DNA from: an uncultured Verrucomicrobiae bacterium
GTDB lineage: Bacteria; Verrucomicrobiota; Verrucomicrobiia; Chthoniobacterales; UBA10450
DNA length: 64,000 nt
NCBI GenBank assembly: GCA_963834385.1
Contig: CAWIBO010000002.1
Span: forward strand, 64,001-128,000
Reading direction: 5' to 3'
Part shown: piece by piece, positions 61,775-64,000 of the stretch
Position numbering within the stretch: the first letter of the stretch is position 1
Layout: each line of letters opens with the position of its first letter
The notes under the pieces: generated by a model
Seen by the model: only the letters and a program-made list of their open reading frames with translations
The model's database searches: none
What the model was told of the DNA's origin: nothing
Translations under genes and position numbers: made by a program

Positions 61775-61828
61775 TCCGCAAGGAGATGGTTTTCCCGCGG
61801 GAAGGTCAACCGCGATCCAGCGCGAGGC

Positions 61829-64000
61829 TCAGAACTTCTTCTCGAGATCGACGAAAATGAAACGCTGCCGGGGATCCTCGAGCTGAACGGGGTAGCCCGC
61901 CGTGTTGTTGGCGAATGGAGGGGGATCGTCGAAGACGTTGCGGACCCCGACACGGATGGCGAAATCATCGAGCCAGGAGATTCCGCTGGCGGAAGGCGCG
62001 GCTGGCGTGACGATTTCCTTCCCGGTCGCCGGCGCTTCTTCCGAAACCCTGTTCTTCCGAAAAGTGTAACCGACCAGGAGATCCACCGTGTTGTTGCTGT
62101 CGACCCGGCGATCGCCGGTCTCGTCCACGTAGGAGTCGGTATAGTTCACCGCGCCACGGGCCTCGAACCCGCGGAAACCCCAGATGATTTCGCCGCGGCC
62201 GCGAATCTTGGGACGCACATACGTGCCGGCCAATTCACGCGGGGCCTCGGCGCTGCTGCCCTGCTGTCGAAAGCTGTCGAGGTACGCGAGGTCGAGCCGG
62301 AGGGCAAAGTTGCCCAGCGGCGTTTCCGGAAAGGCGTATTCCAGGCCGAAGTCGGCTCCCTGAACCTCGACGCGGCCGAGGTTCTGGAAGCTGGTGTTGA
62401 TGGAGAGAACCGGGCCGGGGAGGCCGAGCATCTGGTCGCCGGCGGACGGCGGCGCGCGTTGCACCAGGCCGGGGAAATCGGCTTCGTTATCGAGAATGAA
62501 CTGGGGATCGAGGCTGGCAATGGCTTCTTCCACTTCGATCCGAAAGAAATCCGCGGAGAGGGAGAGGCCGGGGACGAACTGCGGACTCAGGACAAAGCCC
62601 GCCGAATAGTTGCGCGATGTTTCCGGGTCAAGGTTCGGGTTGCCGCCGGCCAGGACCTGGAGCGGACTGCTTTCATCGATGGGATCGCCCGTCACCAGAA
62701 AACGCCGGGTATCCTGCAATTCCTGGGAGAACGTGAGTGAGCCCGCGAAGAGCTGGACCAGCGCGGGCGCGCGGAAGCCGTGGCTGTAGGAGCCGCGCAG
62801 CAAAAGCCAGTCGCCGGCCGGGCGCCAGCCGAGCGCGATCTTCGGGTTCACCGTGGCGCCGAAATCGCTGTAGTGCTCGCCGCGGAGCGCGAGCTGGAGT
62901 TCGAGACTGCTCACGGCCGGAATCTCCATGTCGCGGGCGATCAGGGGCACAAAAAGCTCGCCATAGCCCGAGAGGACATCGCGATCGCCGCCGGCGGAGG
63001 TGGTGTTGACGTCAATCACACCGCCCCGGCGTGAAAGCGGATCGAATTGGTCGGAGAGTTCCTCGAAACGGTATTCGGCGCCGAAAGCGGCGGCGACGTC
63101 GCCGCCCGTGATCTTGAAGAGACTGCCGGTGACGCGTGCGTCCGCCCCGAAAAGACGGGATTCGCCTTCGCGGGTGGTGGTGACGCGCAGGCGGTCGATG
63201 GTGGCGGGGTTGTTCACGTTGTTGCCAGCGCCAAAGACGTTGAATGCCGTGGCCGGGTTGGTGTCGGCCAGGGCGGCCACGACCGCGTGCGCGCGAAAGG
63301 TTGTTCAGGGTGCGGTCTTCCGTGGCGGTCTCGCTATAGAGCAGGGCGGCTTCGCCGAGCCACTCGGAGGGAAGTCGCAGGTTCATCCCAACGAGTGCGC
63401 GGTAGTTGTCGGAGGTAATCCGGTCAATGCGCGGCCCGGCCTCGGTCACCCGGTAACGGAAGACAACCTCGTCGCCGAATGGGTTGAACGGGTTATCCGC
63501 CGGGACCGCAATCCCTTCCACGTCGCCTTCGATCGGGGCCGGCGCGAGTTGCTGCGTGGTCAGGATGCGGCGGTAACCCAGCTCGGCGAAAACGTCGACG
63601 GCCTCGGCCACGCGAAATTTGCCGCGGGTGAAAAAACCGAAACGCTCGGTCTCCGGCACCAGGGGCTGGAACGGCGCCCGGTCAAACCGGTTGCGGCCGG
63701 GCGTGAACTCGGAAATCTCCGGGGTGCCGTCGCTGTCGGCCGGGACGCGCAGCGGATCGCCCGTGACCGGGTCAAAGACCGTGCCCGGGTTCGCGACGGA
63801 ACTGAGGAAGCTGCGGCCGCCCTGGCGGCGCTGGTCGATCGACTCGGAAAAATATCGGTCGGATTGGAAGAGCGCGTTGCGATGGAAATAATCGGCGGCA
63901 AAGACAATGGCATGCCGGTTCTGCGGGTCGGTGTAACCGGTCAGGACGCTGGCCCGGAACTCGCCCGCGTCGGAATCGGTCGTGTTGCCATACCCGGTGC
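61829..64000 (-). CDS. TonB-dependent receptor (5' end outside the window; apparent frameshift at about 63288)
   Basis: Open frame from the window end (GYGNTTDSDAGEFRAS...), YSDFG..NPK, RGSYSHGFRAP, GGNPNLDPETS, GVRNVFD, terminal Phe. Confidence 0.9.

Overview
GC-rich bacterial chromosomal segment. Gene content and order suggest Verrucomicrobiota, possibly Chthoniobacterales (inference). It is mostly housekeeping: long greA, ferritin, a 23S-5S rRNA pair with no adjacent 16S, speA, ptsI-ptsH-hprK, hpf-lptBAC-kdsA, coaD-yceD-rpmF, plsX-fabH, tatD, gmd, rph, rpsA, cbs-cgl, aroC, gatB and a partial TonB-dependent receptor. Two accessory blocks interrupt it: a ~9.7 kb glycosyltransferase/flippase cluster between rpmF and plsX, and a ~8.7 kb ArsR-associated sulfane-sulfur cluster. 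The most notable structure is a small stand-alone GIY-YIG nuclease gene (53265-53597) bracketed by duplicated cassettes of (C/T)GTC-tagged palindromic repeats. The same 160-165 bp repeat unit occurs without the nuclease at about 4.2 kb and 49.6 kb, which suggests a REPtron-like system built on a GIY-YIG enzyme rather than a RAYT transposase. Also present are GTAG-type REP arrays, a protein mixing secretin motifs with YjbH-like barrel motifs, and five frameshifts in the right third, each repairable by removing one base, that probably reflect sequencing error. All calls come from motif recognition by eye; no searches were run.
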